From assembly GCA_000442015.1 (NCBI GenBank), contig KE561209.1:655503-719121 (forward strand): a DNA stretch of 63,619 bases. The letters are read 5' to 3'. Below the pieces are notes generated by a model, which made no database searches, was not told where the DNA came from, and worked only from the letters and a program-made list of their open reading frames with translations. Every line of letters begins with the position of its first letter. Position 1 is the stretch's first letter. The position numbers and the translations under genes were made by a program. Origin of the DNA: Rozella allomycis CSF55. Taxonomy: Eukaryota. Below are positions 46,861 to 60,086 of this stretch, piece by piece.

Positions 46861-47700
46861 TTTTCAACCTTTTTCTGCTATTACCCTAACATTGAAATAG
46901 GAAATAGAAAGCTGTTCAAAACGCCTAGCAACATAAAAATGTGAGCAATAACGTAGACTTCCAGAATTGAGTTTCCTATGAAAGATGATTGTGCAATATA
47001 TTGAGTTCTTTTTCAACGTGCTGCACAAAATTTCCCTTTTTCACTTGTTAAGCAAATTATACAATTCCGTTGGTCTTCACAGATTGATTCGATTCGCTTA
47101 TACCTTAGGTAGCCATAATGGATTGGTGTATCTGTAAATGATAAAATGAATTTAAATGGAAAAGGCCCATTATTGTTCAAAACACCTGCCAATGTGGAAG
47201 TCCGAGATCGATTTTAATTCATTTCATGTGCAATTACGTAATCTTCTAGTTTTTCAGCCTTTTCGGATGTCGACTTCCAGAATACTTTAATAACTTTCCT
47301 TGTGCCTTGTGATATTGTTTCAGTAGTTTTAATTTTAGAATTCTCTTTTCCTCTTTGGTCATTGATTTTTTTAATTTCTTTTTAATTTTAACAAGTTTAT
47401 TTAGTCAAATTTACGTGCACACCCTAATTGACTTTTTTTTTGACAAAATAAATGTATTTTCTCACTTTTCCGATTTTCTCACATTTTAATTTAGAATCTG
47501 ATTTGATGAGAACATGATTGACGATTGTATTGTGCTTTTTTTAATTGACAATGATAAAAAACTCGGAAAGGTCGGTCAATTCTTAAATTTTCAAATGTAT
47601 TTTTTTCGTATGCGCATAAAATAATTGAGTTAATGTTTGATATACATTAGTGAATAGTTACATTGTATTCGAAAATTGTCGAAATTTACGTTTGACATGC

Positions 47701-48426
47701 ATGGCGAAGTTTAAGTTTCCTGTTCTGACTATAAAACAGAAGATCGGTGAACATAGTACCTCATAATTGGAAATTCAATTTAGCCATATCTTTTTTCAAG
47801 CATGAACTTCCTAGCAAAGCGTACGACTTTTCATTGCAAGCCTATTTACTAGAAAGAGGTTCTGTTGGAGATTTCTCTAAAAGCTACTTGGATTTCAACA
47901 GCGCAGATTACGATTCAAGGATGGTAATTATCTGACATGTAAATTACAGGACTGGGAGAATAAGGGAAACTTATTGAGGAAAGAGTATAATAAAAGGCGT
48001 CGTTTGTGCCAAATGAATATGAAACAATTTCCAATTGTTTACTCCTTTATGCAAAATGTAATTATCTTGCATAATCAAAGGCATTTACAAATCGACAGGC
48101 TTGTGAAAATCAAAAGTATCTTTCTCGATCTTCTTATGAATTTGCCTAACATTCCTGTGTCTAAAAAATGCTTCTATTTTGATAAGGCTAAACAAATTAT
48201 TCAAGAAGAATCTAAAAATCAAGTTCAAAATAATTCTGCTTCTGTTTTGTGCCTTCTTTCAAATGCTATAAAACGAAGAGGAAAGGAATTTTCAATAAAA
48301 TACCAAGAAGAAATATTGGAGGATTATAACACTGAATTGAAAAAATGGCTCCAGTCAGCAAAAGAAAAGGAATCATGTAGTGATTCTCTCGAAGCGCATT
48401 TCAGAAATCAATCTACAGTCAAATAA
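47701..48426 (+). CDS. hypothetical multi-exon protein
   Basis: ATG at 47701; short GT-AG introns join ORFs 47747 and 47974. Confidence 0.5.
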
Positions 48427-48452
48427 AGTTACAGACCTATATTTATTTTTTG

Positions 48453-49022
48453 CTAATTTCGACTTCTAAATATCCTCCTTACAATCATGGATACGATCAA
48501 GGCAAATACAGTCCCAAAAATTGCCCCAACAAACACTTGTCCAAATGTGTGATATCCGATGTAAGTTCTAAAAAAATATAATCAAATACACAAACCTTGA
48601 CCATCCCACTAAGGATACCACTGTCAAATTCAAAAAGATCCAGAGAATTCGATTAAATCCAAACATTTTTCTATTGAAATTACGTGATATACGTACAAAT
48701 TAAGAAACATGAACATTAGAAATGCTGTTGTTTGTGCATGATTTGAAGGCATTCCTGACGAATGAGAACGCACTTGCTCATTTGGTCTTTCATGGTTTAA
48801 AAGACGCTTGGCAACATCGTTAATAATCTCATTCACAATTATTCCGATACCCCAGTATATGCACCGTATAAACTTCTTTAGATTTCCATACTCCAAGTGT
48901 GTAAAGGAGTAAAATACAAAACCAGTCGGAGCGAGAATGGGAAAATATGATACAAATGCTGCTATTAATGATAGGAAATCAGTAGGATCGTATTCTGTAT
49001 AGAACAGCCCAACCGGCTTCAT
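48453..49022 (-). CDS. DOLPP1: dolichyl pyrophosphate phosphatase (PAP2 family, CAX4/DOLPP1)
   Basis: NEIINDVAKRLLNHERP, GMPSNHAQ, SRTYIGYHTFGQVFVG. Confidence 0.85.
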
Positions 49023-49083
49023 TATGAAAATTCTTAATTTGCTTAACTATCATATAAATTTTTATTCTCAATTTTAGTAGGAG

Positions 49084-50450
49084 TTACATTGTAAAAAGCA
49101 TCCCCATGTCCATTGGATGGCCTGAAGTTAGTTGAGGTACTTGCCTGTATCTTTGCGAAAGAATGGAACGTGTGCTAGCGAGCAATTGGCTATATGTTTG
49201 TCTAGGATTATTGTTCAAGCTCTGAAGAAATGCCGATGACATTGCACCGACCGCTATGTNGAAGAAATGCTGACGACATTGCACCGACCGCTATTTTAGA
49301 ATAGTCATAAACATCAGCGGAAGTTTGATTATCGGCGCAACCGCTAAACATTATTACATCTGACCACGTTTGACGCTGGTTATTTATTTGGCTGTACGAA
49401 GATGAAGAACCAGTGAGTTTATCTAATTTTTTCTTTATCTTTTTCATTTTTTTGACTTTAAAATCGCTAAAATATTAATTACTTGCTTTCTTTGGTTTTC
49501 CAACAAGCAACGAGAGACCAACTCCCAATGCATTAGCGGCTATACCCACAGCGCCTGTTGCCGAATAGAAATCATAAGACATTACAAGATTTCCATAATT
49601 ATCGTAAACATATGGAAGATCCAGAGCTGTCCCTGAATGGCACGAATCAAAAATTGCTGTTAATCGCACACCAACAGGTAGGTTTTTGACCATAATTGAA
49701 TGCATTTCCTTTTTACTAAGAATATTAATATTACATCATCAATAATTTCTCCAGCAATGGAATAATCAACGGGCAAAATGGTTTCGTCATACCCGTCGAC
49801 CTCATCTCCGTCATAATCCTTTCTTTGAGATCCATGTCCTGAAAAATGAAAAAAACATGAGTCTCCAGGCCTTAAACCTGCAACTAACCAAGACATAGCA
49901 TAAATGATATTGGCTTTTGTGGGCCAGTATCTCGTATCCGTGATTCTAGGGTCATCCATCAGAATTACCATGCTTGAAGGATCGTCTCTATATCCGAATC
50001 TATTCATTATAAATTGTTTCATGTTAAGAACATCGTTGTGGCATCCTTTTGTGCATTTGATAATAATATAATACCCCTTAATGGTGATTTTGAATTGGCG
50101 TAGTTAATTCCAATTAAAAGAGCTTTTTTATAACCTGTACATGTAGACAAGGGGTAATTTGCAGTTTGTTGGGTGCCATTAGCATTATATATCACTGTCT
50201 GCATTGTAACACTGCCTGGCGGGAAATGATCTAATCGATAGCCATTCATCGTAGATTGATTAAACGAGTTATTCTGATATGTATTTTGGTATTGAGGACT
50301 GGAAAAATGAGTTTGCGATTGTTTGTAATCAGGTGGTATCCCTTCTTGGTAAGAGGAAACTTGGGGGTAGAAAGTATGTTCCATTTGTGGAGCGTTAGGA
50401 TTAAAATTATTTGAATGATTTTGATTATTCATTGAATTCCCGGGAAACAT
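49084..50450 (-). CDS. MCA1: type I metacaspase
   Basis: N/Q/P prodomain, [68 protein letters not shown]. Confidence 0.95.
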
Positions 50451-50505
50451 TTCCTACAGCTGTGGTATACTATTAATTATTTGGAAATTCGAATTTCCAA
50501 TTACA

Positions 50506-50856
50506 ATGTTGGAGGAGCTGTTAACACGTTCAGGCTTATTCCGTCAAAATACCCAAATATCAAGGAAAATGCTTGAATCTTTAGCCCATGGGGCAAAGGT
50601 GATGAGTGGATTTGAGCGTGGAAAATACGGGGCAAAAATTAGACGAAAATGGTTTCCAAATATCAGAATTGTACCTTTGTATAGCAAGGCACTTGATAAA
50701 ATGATACCTGTCAGTGTTTGGTCAAAAAAATTACGATCCATTGAATTGTATTATGGGGGCCTTGATAATTACCTGATCAAGACTGAAGACCCATTGCCAG
50801 CAAAGTATGAAGCATTAAAACAAGAAATATTGGAAGCTCTTAGAAAAAAGAAATAA
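50506..50856 (+). CDS. mitochondrial ribosomal protein bL28m
   Basis: LAHGAKVMSG, KIRRKWFPNI..LYSKALD, LRSIE..GGLDNYL. Confidence 0.82.
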   Translation: MLEELLTRSGLFRQNTQISRKMLESLAHGAKVMSGFERGKYGAKIRRKWFPNIRIVPLYSKALDKMIPVSVWSKKLRSIELYYGGLDNYLIKTEDPLPAKYEALKQEILEALRKKK

Positions 50857-50892
50857 GCTAATCCAATCTTAAAGAATAAAGGACAAAATTTT

Positions 50893-52178
50893 TTATGAGA
50901 ATGAATAATATGAAGGAGATATTGATAATCGTTCATTATCTCCAGGAATAGCGTGTAGATTTAAAGGAATAAGGCACTCGTCAAAAGTTGAAAGTGAGCT
51001 GTTATCAAATTGTTCCACTGAATACGAACCATTATTTTGACTGTGACTTGTCCAATCCTGTGAGCCATAATATAGTACAACCTTCAAATACCATGACAAA
51101 TTCACTTTTTTATATTAAGTATGTCATTTACAATCTATGATTTTCATGGATGGAATACAAGTTGAGGGAATACAAAGTTCTGTTGTGCACTTTTTGATAA
51201 ACCAACAATTTCTCTCCATAGATGAAATGGTTCGTAGCTGTTCGTGATTGGTTTCTTCTTTCAGAGTTTCTAATGTTTCATGAACCATTAGCGAGATCGT
51301 AATCTACAACAAGCACCATGATAAGTTACCTTCTTCACGATGTAAATTTGAATAAATGTAAAAGATAATATCAATGACTCTCCAATCACACATGCTTTTG
51401 GATTAAAAGTTATACGAGCAATACATTCGTCATTTATATTTTTCAATTCATAATTTCCTGTCATTTAAAAACTCTTATATTACTTTCTGTGTTCAGCGAC
51501 ATAAACTCGAGGTCGAAATCAGAATCTAAGGTTTGAGTGTAATATTTCATTCGACATATATCTATTTCTTTGTCGAAGTTTTGGATTTTCCTTAACGTTA
51601 CATTTCCGTTTACTTTTCCTAACCTCTCATGTAAATGCAACAAGTCAAAGTTTTGGTCTTCTGAAGATAGAGATTTTTTATTGTTACCGGAATTATTTAT
51701 CAATCGAAAAGGAACGGTAAATTTTCTTCTAGTCATATGCCCAGTAAGAATAATGATTTGAAGGTAGTAATCAATTCTGAAAAACTTTCCCACAAAAGAT
51801 GACGGAAGAAATTCTGGTAAAGGAAATTTCAACACGACTATTTTATTAAACGTAATGAAAGGTACCTGATATTGAAGATGTATCATCCCATTCCACAGAA
51901 GTAAAAAGTAGTGTCGATGTAGTTAACAGCAATGGAATTGCTTCTGGATATTTTAATACTGTAAAATTACCTTTAGAGGACAAGTATGGGCTAAATGGAT
52001 ATGAAAATTCATTTCGAACAGTATTCAATGCATTTAATTCCCCTATGAGCAATGCTTCCCCGGAAATCAAATTCATGCGTCCATTAGAATTTATAAATAT
52101 CGTGCATTCGTAATTATCGCCACAAAAATATACTGAATTTTTGGCGACAAGGCATGAAACTGAAAATGTCATATAAGC
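50893..52178 (-). CDS. RGP1: Rgp1-like protein (Ric1-Rgp1 Rab6/Ypt6 GEF subunit)
   Basis: VYFCGDNYECTI, FPLPEFLPSSFVGKFFRIDYYL, IPSTCIPSM, LSWYLK, FDECLIPL. Confidence 0.65.
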
Positions 52179-52316
52179 CACATGAAAGTTTAAAATACAG
52201 TTTGTTCCCAGTCATTGAAACTCATTATAAATTTTAAAATGCTCATATCGTTGATATCAATGTGAGCGTAATTTCATTCAAAGCCCTACCATCTAAGCCA
52301 CTTCCTATTTGTTCTA

Positions 52317-52806
52317 ATGTCTTCTGACTGGGATTCTGTCACAATTATTCGCAAGAAACTACCAAACTCTAAAGTTAACTCTTCAGATTCTGCTTTAAAT
52401 GCGGCAAGACGTGCTGGACAAGGTATTTCAGTTGAAAAGAAATGTAACTAAATAGTTTTCTTGTAATAAAGTCAACGCTGGTTCTAACAAAAACGCTAAA
52501 GTCGACACTAACGCTGCAAAACTAGATCAAGCTGATGATGTCGTTGAAGGTATGGTATAATGTACATGTTAAAAAGTGAAAAACGTTGGTCTAGCCGTTT
52601 CAAAAGCTATACAACAAGCAAGAATGGAAAAAAAGTGGACTCAAAAAGATTTGGCAGTCAAAGTTAATGAGAAACAAAATGTTATCAATGAATACGAGAG
52701 TGGAAAAGCTATACCAAACCAACAAGTTTTAAGCAAATTAGAACGTGTTTTGGGAGTCAAACTTCGTGGCTCTAATATTGGAGACAAATTGGGTCCAAAG
52801 AAATAA
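52317..52806 (+). CDS. MBF1: multiprotein bridging factor 1
   Basis: [58 protein letters not shown]. Confidence 0.95.
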
Positions 52807-52931
52807 ACCTTTTTTCATTCTGTAAATAATGTAATATGTATGTTAAACTCTCTGATAATTGTTATAATACGCATTACGAGATTTAATCTTAAAAAATATG
52901 CAATATGTCTAGAAACTTTTCCGGATGAGTC

Positions 52932-53964
52932 ATGGAAAAATACGAAAAGATTTGCAAGATTGGTGAGGGTACATATGCAGTAGTATACAAAGGCAGGATC
53001 AAAAAAACTAACGAAACTATTGCTATAAAGAAGATTAAGGTTTCTAATTTCACAATAGGAATAGATCACTCGGCACTTCGAGAAATTAAATTTTTACAAG
53101 AGCTGAAGCATCCAAACATCATAAAGTTATTTGATGTGTTTTCACATAAAAAGAACTTAAATATGGTGCTAGAATTTTTAGACGCGGATTTGGAACACCT
53201 CATAAAGGATACAAATGTGGTCTTTATGCCTGCTGACATCAAAAGCTGGATGTGGATGTTATTTAATGGTCTTTCCTATTGCCATATGCATTTTGTTGTA
53301 CATAGAGATTTGAAACCCAATAACTTGCTTCTCTCTCAGAACGGCGTTTTGAAAATAGCGGATTTTGGTTTGGCTCGTGAATATGGGTCTCCTAATGATA
53401 GAATGACCCATGTAGCTGTAACAAGGTACATTATAATATCTTTTAATATCTTAGATGGTATCGGCCGCCAGAATTACTTTTTGGAGCTCGATTATATTCA
53501 TCTGCTGTAGATTTATGGTCTTGTGGATGTATTTTTGCAGAGCTTATGCTAAGAACCCCTTTTATTGCTGGTGAAAACGATATAGATCAAATTAAAAAAA
53601 TATTTATGGCGCTCGGAACACCTACTGAACAAGATTGGCCAGGTATGAAGTCGCTGCCCAATTTCATGATGTTTGATGAAACCTTTTTGCGAAGGCCTCT
53701 TTCAAATCTTTTTAGTGCAGCTGGGAAGGATTCTATTGATTTACTGGAGCAAATGATGCGGTATGATCCAGCAAAGCGTATTAGTTCAGTGCAGGTGATG
53801 AATTTCAGTTTTCTATATTAAAGGCTTTGAAACATCCTTATTTTGAAAATGAGCCTCTTCCAACACATCCAGAACTCCTGCCAAAATTAGTGAGGAAAAA
53901 TCAGTTGGAAAACACTGCAATGGATGTAGACGAAGTTGGAATGAAACCAATAAAACTATTTTAA
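52932..53964 (+). CDS. CDK7: CDK7/Kin28 (TFIIH/CAK kinase)
   Basis: GEGTYAVVY, SALREIKFLQEL, FMPADIKSW, HRDLKPNNLL, DFGLAR, VTRWYRPPELLFGAR. Confidence 0.93.
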
Positions 53965-53972
53965 CTTTTTTA

Positions 53973-55595
53973 TTAAACATAATTGAATGTTAATGCTTCT
54001 ATTTTTTGAGCAAACTGAATGGCTGACAAGCTAATGTTGTCGCAATACTTGGCCTCTAGAATTTTAAAGGTATCAAAATTAACTTGCTTTAAAAATTTAA
54101 CAAGGCCTATGCCCCGTAAAGTCTTATTCCGGTTTATTTTCAGACACCTTAATCTAGGTAATTTAGCGAGAAGTTCCAACAATGAATCTGTAAGCCATTC
54201 GCATTCAGAAAACTCAAGAGTTTCTAATGATTGCTGCTTCTCAAGAATAAAATTAGAAAATTCTTCTATTGAAACTTTTAAATCTGTGCAGAAGATTAAA
54301 GAAAGATTTTTTAGTGGAAGCAATGAAAGAGTTGAAAATGCATCATTAAACGAAATGCTCAAAGATTCAAGAAACAAAGAGTGTATATTTAGTGTAGAAA
54401 TGTGCAATAAATCGTTCATTTGAAGATTTGAGATAGAATTGCTTGAATCTACATGTAGTTCAACTAAACTCGGGCAGCACAAAGGCAAACTAGACAAGCA
54501 ATCAGAATTGTTTGAAAGCTCTAACATTGTTAAATGTGAAAATATATTGACTCTAAAAATTTCGACATTAATGCCTTTGATACAAAGCTTCTCCAAGTTA
54601 CAATTTTTGATAAGGTTCAATACAATTGAGGGGCTGATGCGCATATTGGAAATATCAAAATCTTTTAAAGACTTGAATGAAAAATTGATGTCAGATTTAG
54701 AATTGGCAAAACTCCCATTTCGACATGAGAATTTCTCAAGGTGTTCAAGTTTGCACAGATTCCTTAGAGCCGGTGCATTAATCTGACCTTTTGGCAACGA
54801 AAGTTTTTTGAGCTTCCTTAAATAAATACAAAGAATATTTGAATTTTCGAAATCAAGGTTGGCATCTAGCAATTCCAATGATGTTAGATTCTTTAGTGGG
54901 CCAACGTTTAAACATTTTTGCAATTCTCTAGATGAAAGATGAACGTTGATTTTTAATTCCGAGATAAAATGTCTAGCCTTCTCCATCACCTTAGGCCAAT
55001 CATGCTTCTTTGACTTAACGATAACCTGCTGGTAAATGAAACCCTCGCGACTGCAAAAGTCATTCCAAGACTTATTCATCATCGCTAACCACTGAAAGCT
55101 ATGTTGAGGTAAATATTTTAATATTTCATCAATGACTTCTTTAGGAAAATACTGTAATATATCATAGGTATTTTTCTTGATTTGGTTAGTCACTAATTTC
55201 TCATTGAGTACATCTAAAAGTTTTAACAAATGATATTTATCATTTTCATTTAAAAGTTCGGCTTTTAGGCCTAATGTAGCATATTTAACCGCCTCATTAT
55301 ATTTCTTGGATTTAATATTCAATCTAGTCAGTCTTATGTATCCCTACTAGTAAAATACATTTATCCTAGTTACTCTAGCTATACTTGAATTATACTTTAT
55401 TGTGTTCAAAGCATCTGCTTTCGCTGCCTCGTAATCCTTTAAACGCTCGAAAACCTCGGCTCTACAATCATACAAAATATGATTCTTTTTCAGCTGAATA
55501 GCTTTTGTAAATTCTTGTAACGCATTTTCGTAATCTTGAAGCTGGAAAAATTTCTTGCCTGACTCGTAATACTCCTTCCAATGTTCTCCATTCAT
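53973..55595 (-). CDS. TPR + F-box + LRR protein (Dia2/Pof3-like)
   Basis: TPR (YENALQEFTKAI, LYDCRAEVFERL), F-box (DILQYFPKEVIDEILKYL..NKSW), LRRs. Confidence 0.8.
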
Positions 55596-55627
55596 CGTGG
55601 CTTTGCTCCTTACTTTTTGCACCAAAN

Positions 55628-58600
55628 TTCATTCAAGTATTATATCAATAATTTTATTATTTATTTATTTAAACTAAATTTTATTTAGTAGATGAATTTT
55701 ATTTAAATATATCTAGATTCTTCGAAACTTCATTTAGTTGTTTCTCGNCGAATTCAATTGTTGTTCTGCTTCCTCAAGTTTGGCGTGTGCTTCTGGGAAG
55801 GCTTCCGGAGGGCATGCTAAGGCTTGCTTGGCGAAGAGGGACACAGCAAGTCGTAATTCATCTGCTNACTTCGTTTAATTGTTTCTCGAGAAAATCAAAT
55901 TGGCGAACTTCTTCTTTTAGATTCTTTAATTTTTCATCGAACAATCTTGCGGCTTTTAAAGTCTCCTCCTGCGTTTGGAATTTCGGAATGTCAAATGATG
56001 AAGGAGCACATTCTTGAATTTGGCCTATCTTTTCAATTAAATCGGTAGAATTTTTTCCATTATAATTCTCTTCGCGCATTCTTTCATAAGCTTCAATCTC
56101 ACGATTTTGATCATCGTATCCTTTTTTCGCCTTCATCATTTCCGCAGTACTGAAGGTTTTTCCATTGTTAGCTTCACATAATTTNGCCATTTTCAATAAA
56201 CATACAAGCCCTTTTAAGGCTTGAAATTTTGCTTCAATCTTTATATGGAGATATGTATCCCGTATTCTTCTTCATACGAACAAATGTCGNTTTCTAAACC
56301 CAAACGGTGCACCTTTAAAGATATACCGTTTGCCATGCCACGTGAATGTTGTCTTCATGTGATCTTCTTTTTTAAGCCTGAATTGATGAAATCCAGACTT
56401 CTAATCAATTTTATTGAACACCAATGGACGTTTTAAAGACTCGAGTATTTCCTTTATTAATGGGAGAGGATACGTTATTATCTTTGTGATAAAGTTGATG
56501 TGACGTGGGTCCAAGCAAACTCGCCAATCTTTACGTTTTCAACCAATGTCCTTTTTGGCTTCTACTAGTAATGAGCTGTTCCACTCTGAGTGACCNTTTT
56601 ACGTTTTCCACCAATGTCCTTTTTGGCTTCTACTAGTAATGAGCTGTTCCATTCTGAGTGACCTTGTATTTCCTCAATGAGTCCGTTCGCTTTTCATTTT
56701 TGAACTTGTTGGATTACTGTAGGTCTCAAAGAATGTGCGATTCTGTTTTGCGCCTTAAACGCGAGTGGATTAGTTCCCGTAGGGATTTGAATTTCGGCAT
56801 CTGGTAAGGTGCAAAATCCTTTTATGGTCTTATTTGCTCGAAGTAATGGTTGGAGATGGTCAATTAAATAACTCGAATATTGCGTAGTAAGAAACATGAA
56901 GTATTTTGAATCAAGTTTATTGTTGTCTAAGGTTTGGATAGTTTGTTCAAACGATGGAGCAGGACCAATTAAGTCCGTGGATTGTACTTCTTTGGAACTT
57001 GACGGATTATTTGCCGCTGCGTCTGTATGGGTCGGAAACTTAATCTCCAAACCGGATACTTCAAGCGTAACTTTGGCATCAGGTCAAGTCCGAAAACAAC
57101 ATTTATCCCTTGATTACGATCATAAACCATGTCTAAGATTTCAAACCGATGTACAACTTCTTGTTGACCATGTCTCACTTTTAGCGGTTCTGTCTTGCCT
57201 ATTCTTGGAACAGTAGTGGAACCTTCGGCAAGGCTAAGTGTACCGGCCACGGGTGTTACTTTTGCTCGCAATTAAGTTACAAACGTCGGAGAGACAAAGG
57301 AATGGGTAGACATTGAGTCAACCCCTGCTCTTACCTTCACATCATTTATATGAGCGCACGTAAAAAGAAATTTTGTGCCATTTTTCCCATTTATCATTTT
57401 GAAGTTTGGGGCTTCCTCCACTGAAACTATTTCTTCCTCTTCTTGAAGGATTTCATCTAACTTAGTCAGCTCAATACGCCTCATTTGAGGATTTTCCTTT
57501 TTTGTTCTTTTGGGACAAACTTGATTATGTCCATTCACGTACTCTTGGCCACNGACATTGAGTCAACCACTACTCTAACCTTCACATCATTTATATGAGC
57601 GCACGTATAAACACATGTGGTGCCATTTTTCCCATTAATCATTTTGAAGTTTGGGGCTTCCTCCTCTGAAACTATTTCTTCGTCGTCTTGAAGGATTTCA
57701 TCTATCTTCGTCAGCTCAATACGCCTCATTTGAAAATTTTCATTTCGTTTTCTTTTGGGACAAACTTGAGTATGTCCATTCACATATTCTTGACCAAAGT
57801 TGCGACTGCACATCTTCTTGGGGAATACTCTCCGCGCCTCCAACCTCTCCCCGTCTTCCTTATTTTTATCTCTATTTTGTCTCTTTAGCATTTTGCATTC
57901 TGATGTATTGTGCTTAACATTTCTATTTTTATGAAACTCGCAAAAGAATGTTTCCTGAGTCTTCTTNTTCTTGAAGGATTTCATCTAACTTAGTCAGCTT
58001 AATACGCCTCATTTGAGGATTTTGCTTTTGTGTTCTTTTGGGACAAACTTGATTATGTCCATTCACGTACTCTTGGCCACNTCCGATTTGACGTCTGTAG
58101 GCATGCCTGGAAAATCACGGAACGCTTGAACAAGAAAAAAGATAGAGTCAAACTCGGAAAGAGGCCTATTGTTCAGAACCCGCTTGNAGAAAATCACGGA
58201 AAGCTTGAACAAGAGAAACGATAGAGTCGAACTCGGAAGAGGGCATATTGTTCAGAACCCGCTTGACTGAATCCGGAAGTTTGCTAAAACGCAATTCCTT
58301 TAAGTAGTCATATCGTGGGTCAGGAATGGTATAGGGTATTCCGTTTTCCTTTAACAAATCTTGAAAGTGGCACGGTTTCCTCTGGTAAATATTGGATTTG
58401 GAATATTTGAGTCATCTGCGTAGTTTTCCAATCAAAGCTTATAAACTCTTTAAGCAGCGCATTCGTTAGCTCAGTGAGGGATGACTCTGGATGTAAGTCA
58501 TTAAAGCGAGCCACCCATTGCGCAATGCGGTCGACGTCATGAGACAAGAGCGTGAGACGTTTCTTGGCGTGGTTTATACGCAAAGAGTGAGCATCGACAA

Positions 58601-59400
58601 TACGTTCAAATTTGCGTACGTACTCTTCCATAGAGTTCAAAGACTTTTCCGTCACTTTCATTTTAGGGTAGAGCTTAAACACTTGAGACACGATATGAGC
58701 GTCTGTTTCATCATTATTTGGCTTCGTAACGACCTCTGTTGTCATAGCATCGGTTGTTGTTGGAGCAGCGTCTTGGGTTGGCTCAGTCAGGATAGTGATA
58801 GTTGAAAGAACCGAATTCAANCGTTTCTTGGCGTGGTTTATACGCAAAGAGTGAGCATCGACAATACGTTCAAATTTGCGTACGTACTCTTCCATAGAGT
58901 TCAAAGACTTTTCCGTCACTTTCATTTTAGGGTAGAGNGGAACAGAATTCAATTGTTGTTTGGCTTCCTCAAGTTTGGCTTGTGCTTCTGGGAAGGCATC
59001 CGGAGGGCATTCTAAGGCTTGCTTAGCGACGAGGGACACATCAAGTCGTAATTCATCAGCTCGGTCTTTAAGATCTTTGAGGATTTGCATTGGGTCCAGA
59101 GTGGACAGGTTACTAGCGACTTTGTCAAACTCAGATGTTGGTTCCCGTTGTTTACGGATGATACCCTGGCCCAATTAAGCCCTTAATATAATAAGAGATC
59201 TGGAATTTCGTAATTCAAACATTTTCAATAAACATACAAGCGCTTTTAAGGCTTGAAGTTTTGCTTCAATCGTTTATATGGAGATATGCATCCCGTATTC
59301 TTCTTCATACGAAAAAAATGTCGTAATGAGGCTCACCATTACGGCTTTATAAATTTAAATGAATGAAATAGACAGAAACTTAGTTAAGAATAAACGTAAG
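55628..59400 (-). mobile_element. Ty3/Gypsy LTR retrotransposon, fragmented/collapsed copies
   Basis: Order gag (58320-59174), Zn knuckles (CEFH..HNTSEC; CxxxGQEYVNGHxxxC), protease (VDSMSTHSFV..FGLDLM), RT start (SEWNSSLL..KDWRVCLDPRHIN..YPLPLIKEIL); many N joins and near-identical duplicated segments (e.g. 56188-56289 vs 59220-59322). Confidence 0.85.
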
Positions 59401-59645
59401 TCGTATGAGAACGGATTATTTATTTAATATCTCCGAGCCTTTTAACTCGGTTTGTTCTATTAATAGTATTTTACAGTTTTTAAGAGATCCATCAATTGTT
59501 AACATTAACGACTATTCAACTCATGTTATTTATCATTAGTTGAACATTATTAGGCTGGTTTGGATTATGATCTCCAAAAAGACTTCCAGGACCCCCTAGG
59601 GTGACTTTCAACATAGTTCGAGAATTTCAAGAATGAACGTCAGAT

Positions 59646-60086
59646 TTATGTTAAGGACTTCGANATTCGTGCATCAGGGGTTCGTCCAATGGGCGAAAGA
59701 AAAAGGAACGCATCGATTCCATCATGTAAGAGATTTGGTACTTTGCTAACGATTTCAGATCTTATAGCCTCATTTGATTCGCTTGTTGCTTCAAATCCTG
59801 GTGTGTCCACAACATTTAACTTTCGTCCTTCATACGAACAAGGGTAGATTTTGCACTCTTTGGTAACGGCCTGGAAAGAGCAACCAGTTTTCGCTACTTC
59901 TCTTTGGTCGTTTAGTTTTAAATCACATAGTCCATGAAGAATGTTTACGATCGTAGACTTTCCTGAACCGTAGTACCCGAGCATAAGAACATTCAAAGGA
60001 CGATTGCAAGCTTCATTGTTAACAGGTGCTGCACGAATACACGCAAGTAGGCTACAACAGATTCCAACTGCTAGAAAAAAATTCAT
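59646..60086 (-). CDS. AIG1/GIMAP-like GTPase with N-terminal signal peptide (3' part lost at N junction)
   Basis: MNFFLAVGICCSLLACIRA, G1 GYYGSGKS, G2 TKEC, G3 VVDTPGF, GIDAFLFL. Confidence 0.75.
   Translation of the reverse strand: MNFFLAVGICCSLLACIRAAPVNNEACNRPLNVLMLGYYGSGKSTIVNILHGLCDLKLNDQREVAKTGCSFQAVTKECKIYPCSYEGRKLNVVDTPGFEATSESNEAIRSEIVSKVPNLLHDGIDAFLFLSPIGRTPDARXSKSLT

Noticed and set aside
46900..47700. Possible small minus-strand gene starting at 47362
   Set aside because: No consistent exon chain or recognisable motif
57269..57274. In-frame TAA within the retroelement protease region as programmed readthrough
   Set aside because: It falls inside the protease rather than at the gag-pol junction, and other stops and frameshifts nearby indicate decay or chimeric assembly
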